Below are positions 30,256 to 38,311 of a stretch of 64,000 nucleotides of DNA, piece after piece. Within the stretch, counting starts at the first letter, position 1; the number at the start of each line of letters is the position of its first letter. Origin of the DNA: an uncultured Holophagae bacterium (GTDB lineage: Bacteria > Acidobacteriota > Thermoanaerobaculia > Thermoanaerobaculales > Sulfomarinibacteraceae); assembly GCA_963754985.1 (NCBI GenBank), contig CAVWIJ010000001.1, positions 97,035 to 161,034 on the forward strand, given 5' to 3'. Position numbers and translations under genes: made by a program. The notes under the pieces were generated by a model. That model had not been told where the DNA came from. It saw only the letters and a list, made by a program, of their open reading frames with translations, and ran no database searches.

Positions 30256-31689
30256 ATGCCTCGAGTCACGCGGATCAGTGCCGGGCGGCTCGTGCCCGGC
30301 CTGCCAGCGGCGGTGCTGCTGCTCGCCGCCGGCTGTGCGACCTACGTCGCCTCCAACCTCCAGCTGCGCTCGCAGGTCGCGACGAGCGACTGGGCGGCCG
30401 CCCTCGCCCATATCGAGGCCCGCAAGGGCGGCACCGACCGGCTGCTCCAGCTGCTGCAGCGCGGCCACGTCCTGCACTACGCCGGCCGCATCGATGAGTC
30501 GAACACTGCCTTCCAGCAGGCAGAGGACCTCGCGGCGTCGCTCTACACCCGGAGCATCTCGCAGGCGGCGGCGTCGTTGATCGTCAACGACCTCGCGGTC
30601 GACTACCGCGGCAAGCCGCACGAGCTCGCGATGGTGCCGTTCTACCGGGCGTTCAACTACCTGTCGCTCGGCGATCGCGAGGCCGCCCAGGTCGAGGCGC
30701 GCAAGGCGACCCTCACGCTCGCGGGGGCGGTCGAGGCAACGCTCGCCGAGATCGAACGGCCTGAGGACCGGGAGGCTGCCCGGAGGCTCCAGGACAGCGG
30801 CTTCCTGCACTGGTTCGCGGGCCTGCTCTTCGAGTCCGAAGGGTCGGCCAACGATGCCTTCGTCGCCTACCGCAACGCGGCCCGCGCCTACCTCGCGGGC
30901 GGCGAGCTGACCGGGGTCGCGCCGCCGGTCGCGCTCGGCCGCGACCTCGAGCGGGTCGGCCTCGCCCACGGCTTCCGAAGCGAGGTCGAGGAGCTGCGCG
31001 CGGTCTCGCCAGCCCTCTTCCCGCCGACGGACGACGTTTCTGGGACGGAGCCAGGCGGCGAGGTCGTGCTCGTGCTCGAGTCGGGCTGGGTGGCGGCTCG
31101 CGATCAGGTGATGCTCAACGTCCCGATCCTCGACATCGACCACCACTACGGCTCAAACGACGACTGGGCGTGGGCGCTCGTCAACCGCGCCTCGCCCGGC
31201 TGGTCAAGCGGCTACGACGTCGACATCGAGTACTGGCTCACCGTCGCGGTGCCGGTCATGGCCCCGCCGACCACCGGCCAGGTGACGGGGGTGCGGATGG
31301 TGGCCGAGAAGGTCGCGGCGACAGCGGAGCCGGCCGACGACCTGTCGCGCCGCGCGGCGGCGACCTTCGCAGCCGAGCGCGGACAGATGCTGTTCAGGAC
31401 CTTTCTTCGCGCCCTCGCCAAGTACGCGGCGTCCGAGGCCGTCAAGAACGAGGACGAGACCGCCGGCGCGGTCGTCAACCTGCTCGGCGTGCTGACCGAG
31501 CGCGCCGACACCCGCTGCTGGCTGACTCTGCCCGACCGGCTGGCAGTTGCACGCCTGCGACTTCCCCCTGGCCGGCACGAGCTGCGCCTGGAGTACCTCG
31601 ACCAGGCGGGGAGCGTGGTCTCGAGCGAATCCGAGACGATCGAGGTCGTCGACGGCGGCTTCACCTTCCTCAACCGCCGCAGCTTCTGA
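30256..31689 (+). CDS. lipoprotein of unknown function (COG3014-like LpoB neighbour)
   Basis: 477 aa with the lipobox LLLAAGCAT and a TPR-like N-terminal half. It lies 6 nt after lpoB. The family assignment is by recollection of conserved lpoB neighbourhoods only. Confidence 0.75.
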   Translation: MPRVTRISAGRLVPGLPAAVLLLAAGCATYVASNLQLRSQVATSDWAAALAHIEARKGGTDRLLQLLQRGHVLHYAGRIDESNTAFQQAEDLAASLYTRSISQAAASLIVNDLAVDYRGKPHELAMVPFYRAFNYLSLGDREAAQVEARKATLTLAGAVEATLAEIERPEDREAARRLQDSGFLHWFAGLLFESEGSANDAFVAYRNAARAYLAGGELTGVAPPVALGRDLERVGLAHGFRSEVEELRAVSPALFPPTDDVSGTEPGGEVVLVLESGWVAARDQVMLNVPILDIDHHYGSNDDWAWALVNRASPGWSSGYDVDIEYWLTVAVPVMAPPTTGQVTGVRMVAEKVAATAEPADDLSRRAAATFAAERGQMLFRTFLRALAKYAASEAVKNEDETAGAVVNLLGVLTERADTRCWLTLPDRLAVARLRLPPGRHELRLEYLDQAGSVVSSESETIEVVDGGFTFLNRRSF

Positions 31690-31691
31690 GA

Positions 31692-31922
31692 GTGCCCCCC
31701 GTCGCCGTGTGGCTGTACCCGGATGCCGCTCCCCCGCAGCTGATTCCGGGCCGTTTCGATGGCGTCCTGGCCGAGGGGGTGATCACCGACGCGAGCATCG
31801 TGCCGGGGGACCCGCTGACGTCGCTCGCGGATCTGGTCGACGTCATCCGAGCCGGCGGCGCCTACGTCAATGTCCACACGACCGCGAATCCGTCAGGTGA
31901 GGTCCGAGGCCAAGTCAGGTAG
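31692..31922 (+). pseudogene. CHRD-domain C-terminal fragment
   Basis: A 76-aa reading frame ending AGGAYVNVHTTANPSGEVRGQV, the CHRD C-terminal signature (YVNVHTxxxPxGEIRGQ). The N-terminal half of the domain and any signal peptide are missing. It starts 2 nt after the previous stop. Confidence 0.5.
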
Positions 31923-31991
31923 CTACGCGGGGGCGGCCCGCCCCGCGGGCCGCCCGCTCTCCTCTCTGCTCCCCGTCGGACCGGGGCGGAG

Positions 31992-32273
31992 GTGGTGCGC
32001 TCGACGGCCGCGCTACGATGGGTCGTCGTGTTCGATCCGGCGGCCCCCGAGCCCGAGATTCCGATTCCGGCGAGCCACCTGCTCGCGCTGCTCGGCGCCA
32101 TACGGCGCCAGTACCGCCTCTCCTGGCTCGGCATCCACGGCGTCGGACACTGGGCGAGGGTGCTGGACACCGGCCTGCGCCTGGCCATCGGTCGCGCCCG
32201 CCGCAATTACAGGCCGCGTTTCGCTCGCGATGGGTGGTTGGTCCTCGAACGACATCGCGGCGGACGGGACTGA
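31992..32273 (+). pseudogene. possible N-terminal fragment of an HD-domain protein
   Basis: LSWLGIHGVGHWARVLDTGLRLA resembles the GxHGxxHWxRV start of a small HD-domain family. The HD dyad region that should follow is absent in all frames. Confidence 0.3.
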
Positions 32274-32278
32274 GGCTG

Positions 32279-32467
32279 ATGCTCAACGGCACGTACGACC
32301 TCGTCTTCCCGTACGAGACTTCGCAGCTTCCCTACTTCGAGCTGCTCGGCGCGCCCGAGGGGCTCAAGAAGGTCGTGGTACACGAGGCCAGCCACTCCTT
32401 CCCGAACACGGACCGCGCCCGGGAGTCGCTCGCCTGGCTCGACCAGCACCTCGGCCCGGTGCCGTGA
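32279..32467 (+). pseudogene. C-terminal fragment of an alpha/beta hydrolase
   Basis: MLNGTYDLVFPYETSQLPYFELLGAPEGLKKVVVHEASHSFPNTDRARESLAWLDQHLGP matches the last ~60 aa (catalytic His region) of dienelactone-hydrolase/S9-type enzymes. No upstream nucleophile region is present. Confidence 0.45.
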
Positions 32468-32639
32468 CCCTCTGACCCTGCGATTCGGGTGCCGGCCGCG
32501 GTCTTCGGCGCGCCGCTTGACGGGGCGATTTCGCCCCCAGGTATTCTGATAGAATCACTCACAAGCCCCTCGACGGTCAGGTGATTGGGCAGCGGAGCCG
32601 CAGCACGGGAATGCTGGCCTTCATATCGGGCACCTGTGA

Positions 32640-35378
32640 ATGCGGCCAGGAGCGGAAGTGGTTATGGACGAGCCAGGTCCCCATGCTCCGCCTCCCCCTC
32701 CCAACGCGGAGGGGGCGAATGGCGTTGACCTTGCCGGCTCGACCACACTCACGGAGGACGCAATCAGGCTCTGGCCCACCGTGACTCACTACAAGATACT
32801 GGGTGAGATCGGCCGCGGCGGGATGGGGGTCGTCTACCGGGCCGTCGACCTGATCCTCGGGCGCGAGGTCGCGCTAAAGACAATCACCCCCGGCGCCGAG
32901 ATGCACGAAGGCAGGAGACAGCGCATCCTGCGGGAGGCACAAGCGGCGTCGAAGCTGTCGCATCCCGGCATCGTCCCGGTGTTCGAAGTCTTCGAGTCCG
33001 GGGGCGCTCCCTGGATCTCGATGCAACTCATTGAGGGGCACAGCCTCGAGCGGGTGTTGCGCGACCATGGACCGGGCCCGATCGAGGACATCCTGGAGCA
33101 GCAGCTGACTCTCGCATCGGCGCTCGCCGCGGCTCACGCCGGAGGCGTCCTCCACCGGGACATCAAGCCTTCGAACGTCCTCGTCTCCGTTGACGGCACC
33201 GTCCGACTCTCGGACTTCGGACTCGCCCGATCGATCGAAACCGATGTCGACTCGATGGACGGCACGGCCACTCAGCTCACGAAGCCTGGCGGATTGGTTG
33301 GCACCCTGCCCTATATGTGTCCTGAGCAGGTGCTCGGTCGTCCGCTCGACCGGCGCAGCGACATCTTCTCGCTAGGGGCGGTCTTCTACGAGATGATCAC
33401 AGGGCAACGGGCGTTCGAACGACCCCGAGAAGGGTCTGTCATCAATGCCATTCTGCACGAGGCGCCGCCGCGATTGGTCCATCCCGCGGAGCCGGTGCAG
33501 GAGGTACTGCAGCTCGTCGTAGACCGCTGCCTCGCCAAGGACTCGAAAAACCGGTACCAGACGGCTGACGAGCTCGCGCAAGACCTCCGCGCGCTGGTGC
33601 GAGTCAGCGGTTCGGTCACCGGCGTGCACGAGCGGTGGCCCCGCGCCGCACGTTGGCGGCCACGGACCCAGTTGCTGGCCATCCCGGCGGCTGCGATCGT
33701 CATGGCAGGTGTTACGACCCTGCTGTTGCGGGTCACCGGCGATCGTGTTCCACAGTATGTCGCGCGCCAGGTGACGGATGACCCGAGGCTCGAGGCCGAG
33801 CCGGCGATTTCGCCCAGCGGCTCGGAGATCGCCTACAGCCTGAGGGACGGGGGGAACACCGACCTCTACGTCATCGACGCCCGCGGCGGAACCCCGCTTC
33901 GCCTGACATCAGGGATGGCCGACGACCATAGCCCGACCTGGTACCCAGACGGTAGCGCGGTCCTGTTCGTGTCGGGGCGAGCAGGCCAGAAAGACCTATG
34001 GAGGGTGTCGCACTTCGGAGGTGTCCCGGAACGGGTGCTGGCCAACGCTGTCGATCCGGCAATCTCGCCCGACGGGAAGAGAGTCGCTTTCGCTCGCCCA
34101 GACGCGGAAGGCGTCCCGCGAATCTGCGTCACCTCCCTCGACTCCCCTGCCGACACCCGGTTTCTCACCGAAAAGTACGATGGCTTCTGGGAGCACTTCG
34201 AGCCTGCCTGGTCGCCAGACGGACGTTCGATCATCTACCGGGACTTCCGCGACCTGTGGCTCGTTCCGCTGGACGGCGGATCGCCCCGCGTCCTGAGCCA
34301 GGACGATCCCATGGATCGCCAGCCGATCTGGTCGCCGGATGGGAGGTGGATCTACTTCTCGTCTTTCCGAGATGGCGCCCAGGCTATCTGGCGCAGGCGG
34401 GAAAAGGGAACCATGCTCCAGCGGATCACGACCGGCACCGGATGGGAACAGTCACCGAGTATCTCCGCCGACGGACGGCGGATTGTATACGCGACCTTCC
34501 AGGAGGACACCCGCCTCGAGATCGTGGACCGCTCGACTGGGCATCGGGTCCTCCTCCACGACGCACGCCACGTGTCATCACCAGCGATCTCACCTGACGG
34601 ACGCTCGGTAGTGTTGTCTTCTTCGCGCGAGAACGCGGCCGATCTCTGGAAACTCAACCTCCGCGACGAACGCCCCATGGACAGCTCGATGCGGCTGACC
34701 CGCCAGCCGGGATCGTGCACAAACCCTGTTTTCTCGAGAGACGGGCGCTGGATCGCATACTATCGCGTCATCGACGGGCAGCGCGACGTCTGGGTTGTCG
34801 ACAGCGAAGGCGGTTCACCTCACCAGATTACCGACAGCACGGCCACCGACGTCCAGCCGGACTGGTCACCTGACGACCGCCGCATCGCCTTCTGCTCGGA
34901 CCGCTCCGGGTCGATGCAGGTCTGGATCGTGGACGTCGCAGATGGAAGTGCGCAAGGCGCACCTCGCGAGCTCACCAACATCGCGGGGACCGTGGAGAGG
35001 CCGATCTGGTCCCCGACCGGCGACGAGCTGGCGTTTATCGTCCACACGGACGTAGGATCCGAGGTCTGGAGAGTCCCCCCGGATGGCAGCAGACCGCCGC
35101 AGCGAGTGACGACCGGAGCTGGCGCAGAGTATCTGCGCTGGATTCCTGGAAGTGGCGGGCTCCTCGTCGGCGGCTATTGGGGAGGCCGCCAGATCCAGGT
35201 CCACAGCGTCGACCCGGTCAGCGGAGAGTCCAGCCGAGTCGAGGATCTGGTCGTGAACGACGCCGACGACGAGCAGTGGGGATTCGATGTTACAGCCGAC
35301 GGCCGAACTGCCGTGCTCAGTGTGTTCAGTCATCGCGGCGACGTGTGGATGCTCGAAGCCGAGTCGGGGGCGTTCTGA
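32640..35378 (+). CDS. Ser/Thr protein kinase with transmembrane helix and TolB/PD40-type beta-propeller (module copy 1)
   Basis: GRGGMGVVYRAVD, VALK, HRDIKPSNVL, DFGLA and GTLPYMCPE are Hanks kinase motifs. The TM helix is LLAIPAAAIVMAGVTTLLLRV. Many PD40 blades follow (SPSGSEIAY, WYPDGSAVLF, SPDGKRVAF, WSPDGRSIIY, WSPDGRWIYF and others). An alternative start lies at ATG 32664. Confidence 0.92.
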   Translation: MRPGAEVVMDEPGPHAPPPPPNAEGANGVDLAGSTTLTEDAIRLWPTVTHYKILGEIGRGGMGVVYRAVDLILGREVALKTITPGAEMHEGRRQRILREAQAASKLSHPGIVPVFEVFESGGAPWISMQLIEGHSLERVLRDHGPGPIEDILEQQLTLASALAAAHAGGVLHRDIKPSNVLVSVDGTVRLSDFGLARSIETDVDSMDGTATQLTKPGGLVGTLPYMCPEQVLGRPLDRRSDIFSLGAVFYEMITGQRAFERPREGSVINAILHEAPPRLVHPAEPVQEVLQLVVDRCLAKDSKNRYQTADELAQDLRALVRVSGSVTGVHERWPRAARWRPRTQLLAIPAAAIVMAGVTTLLLRVTGDRVPQYVARQVTDDPRLEAEPAISPSGSEIAYSLRDGGNTDLYVIDARGGTPLRLTSGMADDHSPTWYPDGSAVLFVSGRAGQKDLWRVSHFGGVPERVLANAVDPAISPDGKRVAFARPDAEGVPRICVTSLDSPADTRFLTEKYDGFWEHFEPAWSPDGRSIIYRDFRDLWLVPLDGGSPRVLSQDDPMDRQPIWSPDGRWIYFSSFRDGAQAIWRRREKGTMLQRITTGTGWEQSPSISADGRRIVYATFQEDTRLEIVDRSTGHRVLLHDARHVSSPAISPDGRSVVLSSSRENAADLWKLNLRDERPMDSSMRLTRQPGSCTNPVFSRDGRWIAYYRVIDGQRDVWVVDSEGGSPHQITDSTATDVQPDWSPDDRRIAFCSDRSGSMQVWIVDVADGSAQGAPRELTNIAGTVERPIWSPTGDELAFIVHTDVGSEVWRVPPDGSRPPQRVTTGAGAEYLRWIPGSGGLLVGGYWGGRQIQVHSVDPVSGESSRVEDLVVNDADDEQWGFDVTADGRTAVLSVFSHRGDVWMLEAESGAF

Positions 35379-35435
35379 AGCCGCGGTGGTTTCAGTCAAC
35401 ATCGGACCGTCCCTCGCGGCTTGAAGGAGGGAGCC

Positions 35436-35654
35436 ATGCAGGTTTTGACGCTGGTTGTTGGCGTGAAGTGCGGGGACGACCACCCGCCCTCCGGCGTCAC
35501 GGTCGAAGAGCTAAAGAAGGCCATCACGGAGGAGCGCAAGGCACTCGACGCGGTGTTTCGCGTCCTGCGCGACGAGGAGCCACAGAAGAGAGTGTCGAAA
35601 ACCCTCGTCGGAAAGATCCGCGAGCTCTACCCGACGCTGCGCTGGCAGCGCTAG
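35436..35654 (+). CDS. 72-aa protein of unknown function between kinase and rSAM (candidate peptide substrate/partner)
   Basis: ATG 35436 is preceded by the strong RBS GAAGGAGGGAG. The protein is MQVLTLVVGVKCGDDHPPSGVTVEELKKAITEERKALDAVFRVLRDEEPQKRVSKTLVGKIRELYPTLRWQR. It ends 28 nt before the rSAM start. Confidence 0.65.
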   Translation: MQVLTLVVGVKCGDDHPPSGVTVEELKKAITEERKALDAVFRVLRDEEPQKRVSKTLVGKIRELYPTLRWQR

Positions 35655-35682
35655 CGACGCGTCTCCGTTCCGTGAACCGGCG

Positions 35683-36877
35683 ATGCGTGTCGGCCTCGGC
35701 CTGATCCTGACGGGCCGCTGCAACTTGGCCTGCGCCTACTGCTACCAGCGCTCCGGGGCGGATTCCGGTACCCTGTCGTTGGCCGCGGTTCGCTCCAGCG
35801 TGGCGGCTGCGCTCGAGCTGGGGCCGCAGGGCATCGACGCCGTTTTCAGCGGCGGCAAGCCGCTGCTCGAAGCTGGACTTCTCACCCGCTGCATCGATGA
35901 GTTGGTGCAGATAGTTCCCGCCGATGTCGACCTCAGCATGCGGGTCATCACCAACGGCGTGCTGCTAGACCGGCGGCTCACCGACTTCCTCGCCGGGCAC
36001 GGTGTGGACGTCCAGCTCAGCCTCCACGAGTTGCCGGGTGGACGTGGGTTCGCGCCTGCGTACGATCGCCTGGGCCGACTCATCGACGACTACCCCGTCT
36101 ACTCAAGAAACCACCTGAGCACTGCAACGGTGGTGCCGTCGTGGCGGGTGGCGGGGCTGGCACGGAACGTCCAGAGGCTGCTCGAACTCGGCGTCCAGGA
36201 CATCCATCTCGCGGTACCGTTCACTCCGGACCCAGGCTGGACCGCCGGGACGGACGCCATGCTGGAGCGCGAGCTCGAGACGATCCTCGAGGCGAGCACG
36301 GCGTACTGGAGAGAGCGGGGCGTGATCCCGGTCGCCTGCCTCAGAACTCCAAAGCAGGCCCACAATGTGGGCCGCTGGCGGCCCAGGCAACCCATCTGCC
36401 GTGCGGGGTCGGGGACCATGTTCGCGGTGGACCCCGGGGGCCATGCCTGGGTGTGTGCCTGCTTCGCACCGACTCTCCACGCGCTGCCGCCGCTCGCGGA
36501 GGGAGCTTCTCGGGTGCTCGATCTGGGTCCGGTGGAGTCCCCGACGCTCCCTGATCGGCTCGCCACGCTGCCGTCGGCGGTCCGCCGCGTGAGGTCACTC
36601 ACGCACCGGCACTCGAAGTTCACCCGCTCTCGGAAATGCTCCGAGTGCCCGGACCTCGCGGAGTGTGGAATCTGTCCGGCGGCGATCTGCCACTGCGAGG
36701 ATGATCCCGACCGCGTGCCTGACCACCAGTGTGCCTTCGAGCGCATCACGCTTGGCGACCCGACGACGTCTGGCGGAGAGAATCGATGCCGACCGACCCG
36801 CGCTCGGGACCCGGCACCGCGCACGGTTGCTGGAGGAGTTGAAGCGCGAGCTCGAGGCTGAGCTCGGGCACAGCTAA
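35683..36877 (+). CDS. radical SAM enzyme with SPASM-like C-terminal Cys cluster (module copy 1); one apparent frame disruption near 36752
   Basis: GRCNLACAYCYQ is the CxxxCxxC motif, followed by FSGGKPLL. The C-terminal Cys-rich region reads ICRAGSGTMFAVDPGGHAWVCAC...RKCSECPDLAECGICPAAICHC. After CAFERITL the sequence continues in the +1 frame (ATRRRLAERIDADRPALGTRHRARLLEELKRELEAELGHS, stop 36877), which parallels copy 2 (CAFSRVTLEARRRFRDM). Confidence 0.85.
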
Positions 36878-36931
36878 CGCGTCACGCGCACATGACCGCT
36901 CGATCGGGGCAAAGCGATCTCGAGTCGCGGG

Positions 36932-37420
36932 TCAGTTGGCGGCAGCGGCTGCTGGCGGGCACTCGCAGTCGGGGCAGCCGCGGTCGAAGACGATCTTCCA
37001 GCTGCCGTCGGGTGAGCGCCGCCACACCGAGTTGAAGGTGCCGATCCGCTTCCCGTCCGGTGCGAAGACCGGGCCGGAGGTGAGGCCGAGGCTGCCCGAG
37101 TCGAGCACCGCGGCAACCTCGGGCCGCCACGAAAACGGAGCCGCGGTTCCCTCGAAGTGCGGCTTCCACGCTGCCGCCACTGCGTCGCGGCCGCGCAGAT
37201 CGCTGCTCCGCCCGAAGAACACCGCCTCCTCGGCGAGGAACGACACGAAGGCCGCGTGATCGCGATCGGCCATGGTCCTCGCGAAGGCCTCTTCGGCGAC
37301 GCGTAATTGGGTGGCGAGCTCTGCGTTCCCGGGACCATCCGCCGCCATCGCGGCCGCCGGCACACCCAGTGTCAGAACCAGGACAGCGGCGATCACGACA
37401 CTCGACAGCCGGTCATGCAT
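36932..37420 (-). CDS. secreted SnoaL/DUF4440 (NTF2-like) protein
   Basis: The signal peptide MHDRLSSVVIAAVLVLTLGVPAAAMA is followed by EEAFARTMADRDHAAFVSFLAEEAVFF...DGSWKIVFD, typical of the DUF4440 layout. Confidence 0.75.
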   Translation of the reverse strand: MHDRLSSVVIAAVLVLTLGVPAAAMAADGPGNAELATQLRVAEEAFARTMADRDHAAFVSFLAEEAVFFGRSSDLRGRDAVAAAWKPHFEGTAAPFSWRPEVAAVLDSGSLGLTSGPVFAPDGKRIGTFNSVWRRSPDGSWKIVFDRGCPDCECPPAAAAAN

Positions 37421-37519
37421 GGGCTCCTCCGTCGTCCTCGAACATACGCTGAGAATGCGCACCGGTTCGAGCTCGCCACGCGCGGGCACCGCCGCAGAAG
37501 GAGCGGCGACGGCCCGCGC

Positions 37520-38125
37520 TCACTGCTTGGGCAGCCTCGGCATCGGCACGAAGCCGTCGAGCGCCTCGACCCGCGCGAGCCAGGCGCGCACGTTCGAGTA
37601 CTCGGCGATGTCCACGCCGCCCTCGTCCGCCACCGCCACGTAGCTGTAGCACGCGACGTCGGCCAGCGTCGGGCCATCGCCGACGAGCCACGACCTGGAC
37701 TCGAGGTGGGCGTTCATGACCCCGAGCAGCTGGTGGCTGGTGGCGACAGCCTGCTCGTGGTCGCCCGGCCGGCCGAAGGCCTTGATGACCCGCGCTCGCG
37801 AGGGCCCAAGGTAGAGCGGCCCGGCAGCGGTCGCCAGCCACTCGTAGACGTGCGCCCGCGCGATCGGGTCGAGCGGCAGGAAGGTCCGGTCGTCGTCGTA
37901 GTTCTCGGCCAGGTAGAGGATAATTGCGACCGAGTCGCGCAGCACCACGTCCGCGTCCTCCAGCACCGGCACCTGACCGAACGGGTTCAGCGCGAGGTAC
38001 TCCGGCGACTTGTGGGTCTGGCTCTTCATGTCGACCGGCTCGAGGTCGAGGTCGAGCTTGAGCAGGCCGCACATGAGGCGCACCCTGTGCGCGTGACCGG
38101 AGAACATCGAGTCGTAGAGCTTCAT
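37520..38125 (-). CDS. glutathione S-transferase
   Basis: MKLYDSMFSGHAHRVRLMCGLLKLDLDLEPVDMKSQTHKSPEYLALNPFGQVPVLEDADVVLRDSVAIILYLAE is a GST N-terminal thioredoxin-like fold. The rest of track ORF 37520..39193 is antisense read-through. Confidence 0.88.
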   Translation of the reverse strand: MKLYDSMFSGHAHRVRLMCGLLKLDLDLEPVDMKSQTHKSPEYLALNPFGQVPVLEDADVVLRDSVAIILYLAENYDDDRTFLPLDPIARAHVYEWLATAAGPLYLGPSRARVIKAFGRPGDHEQAVATSHQLLGVMNAHLESRSWLVGDGPTLADVACYSYVAVADEGGVDIAEYSNVRAWLARVEALDGFVPMPRLPKQ

Positions 38126-38311
38126 CGTCCATCCCCTCCCATCTCGGATCTGACAGCCGATCAGCGCAACAACGGCGGCCGCCGGGACATTCTCGGCCGG
38201 CAATCGGCATCGGCAAGTCGAGATTTCCGTGACCAGTCTTGACCTTCGTTGAGGCAAGGCTGAGAATGGACCGAAGGCACTAACAGGCTGCAGCAGGCGG
38301 AGGGAGACGCA

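Noticed and set aside
32522-32537. Hairpin GGGGCGA-TT-TCGCCCC with nearby TTGACG and TAGAAT hexamers upstream of kinase copy 1, considered as promoter plus operator
   Set aside because: The hexamer spacing (19 or 27 nt) is poor, and the hairpin could equally be a terminator remnant of the hydrolase fragment. Too weak to call as a feature.
35683-36877. The radical SAM gene as a prokaryotic viperin-like antiviral enzyme
   Set aside because: It has a C-terminal multi-Cys SPASM-like region and lacks the viperin C-terminal extension pattern. No nucleotide kinase or other defence-type neighbour is present. A peptide-maturase interpretation fits better.
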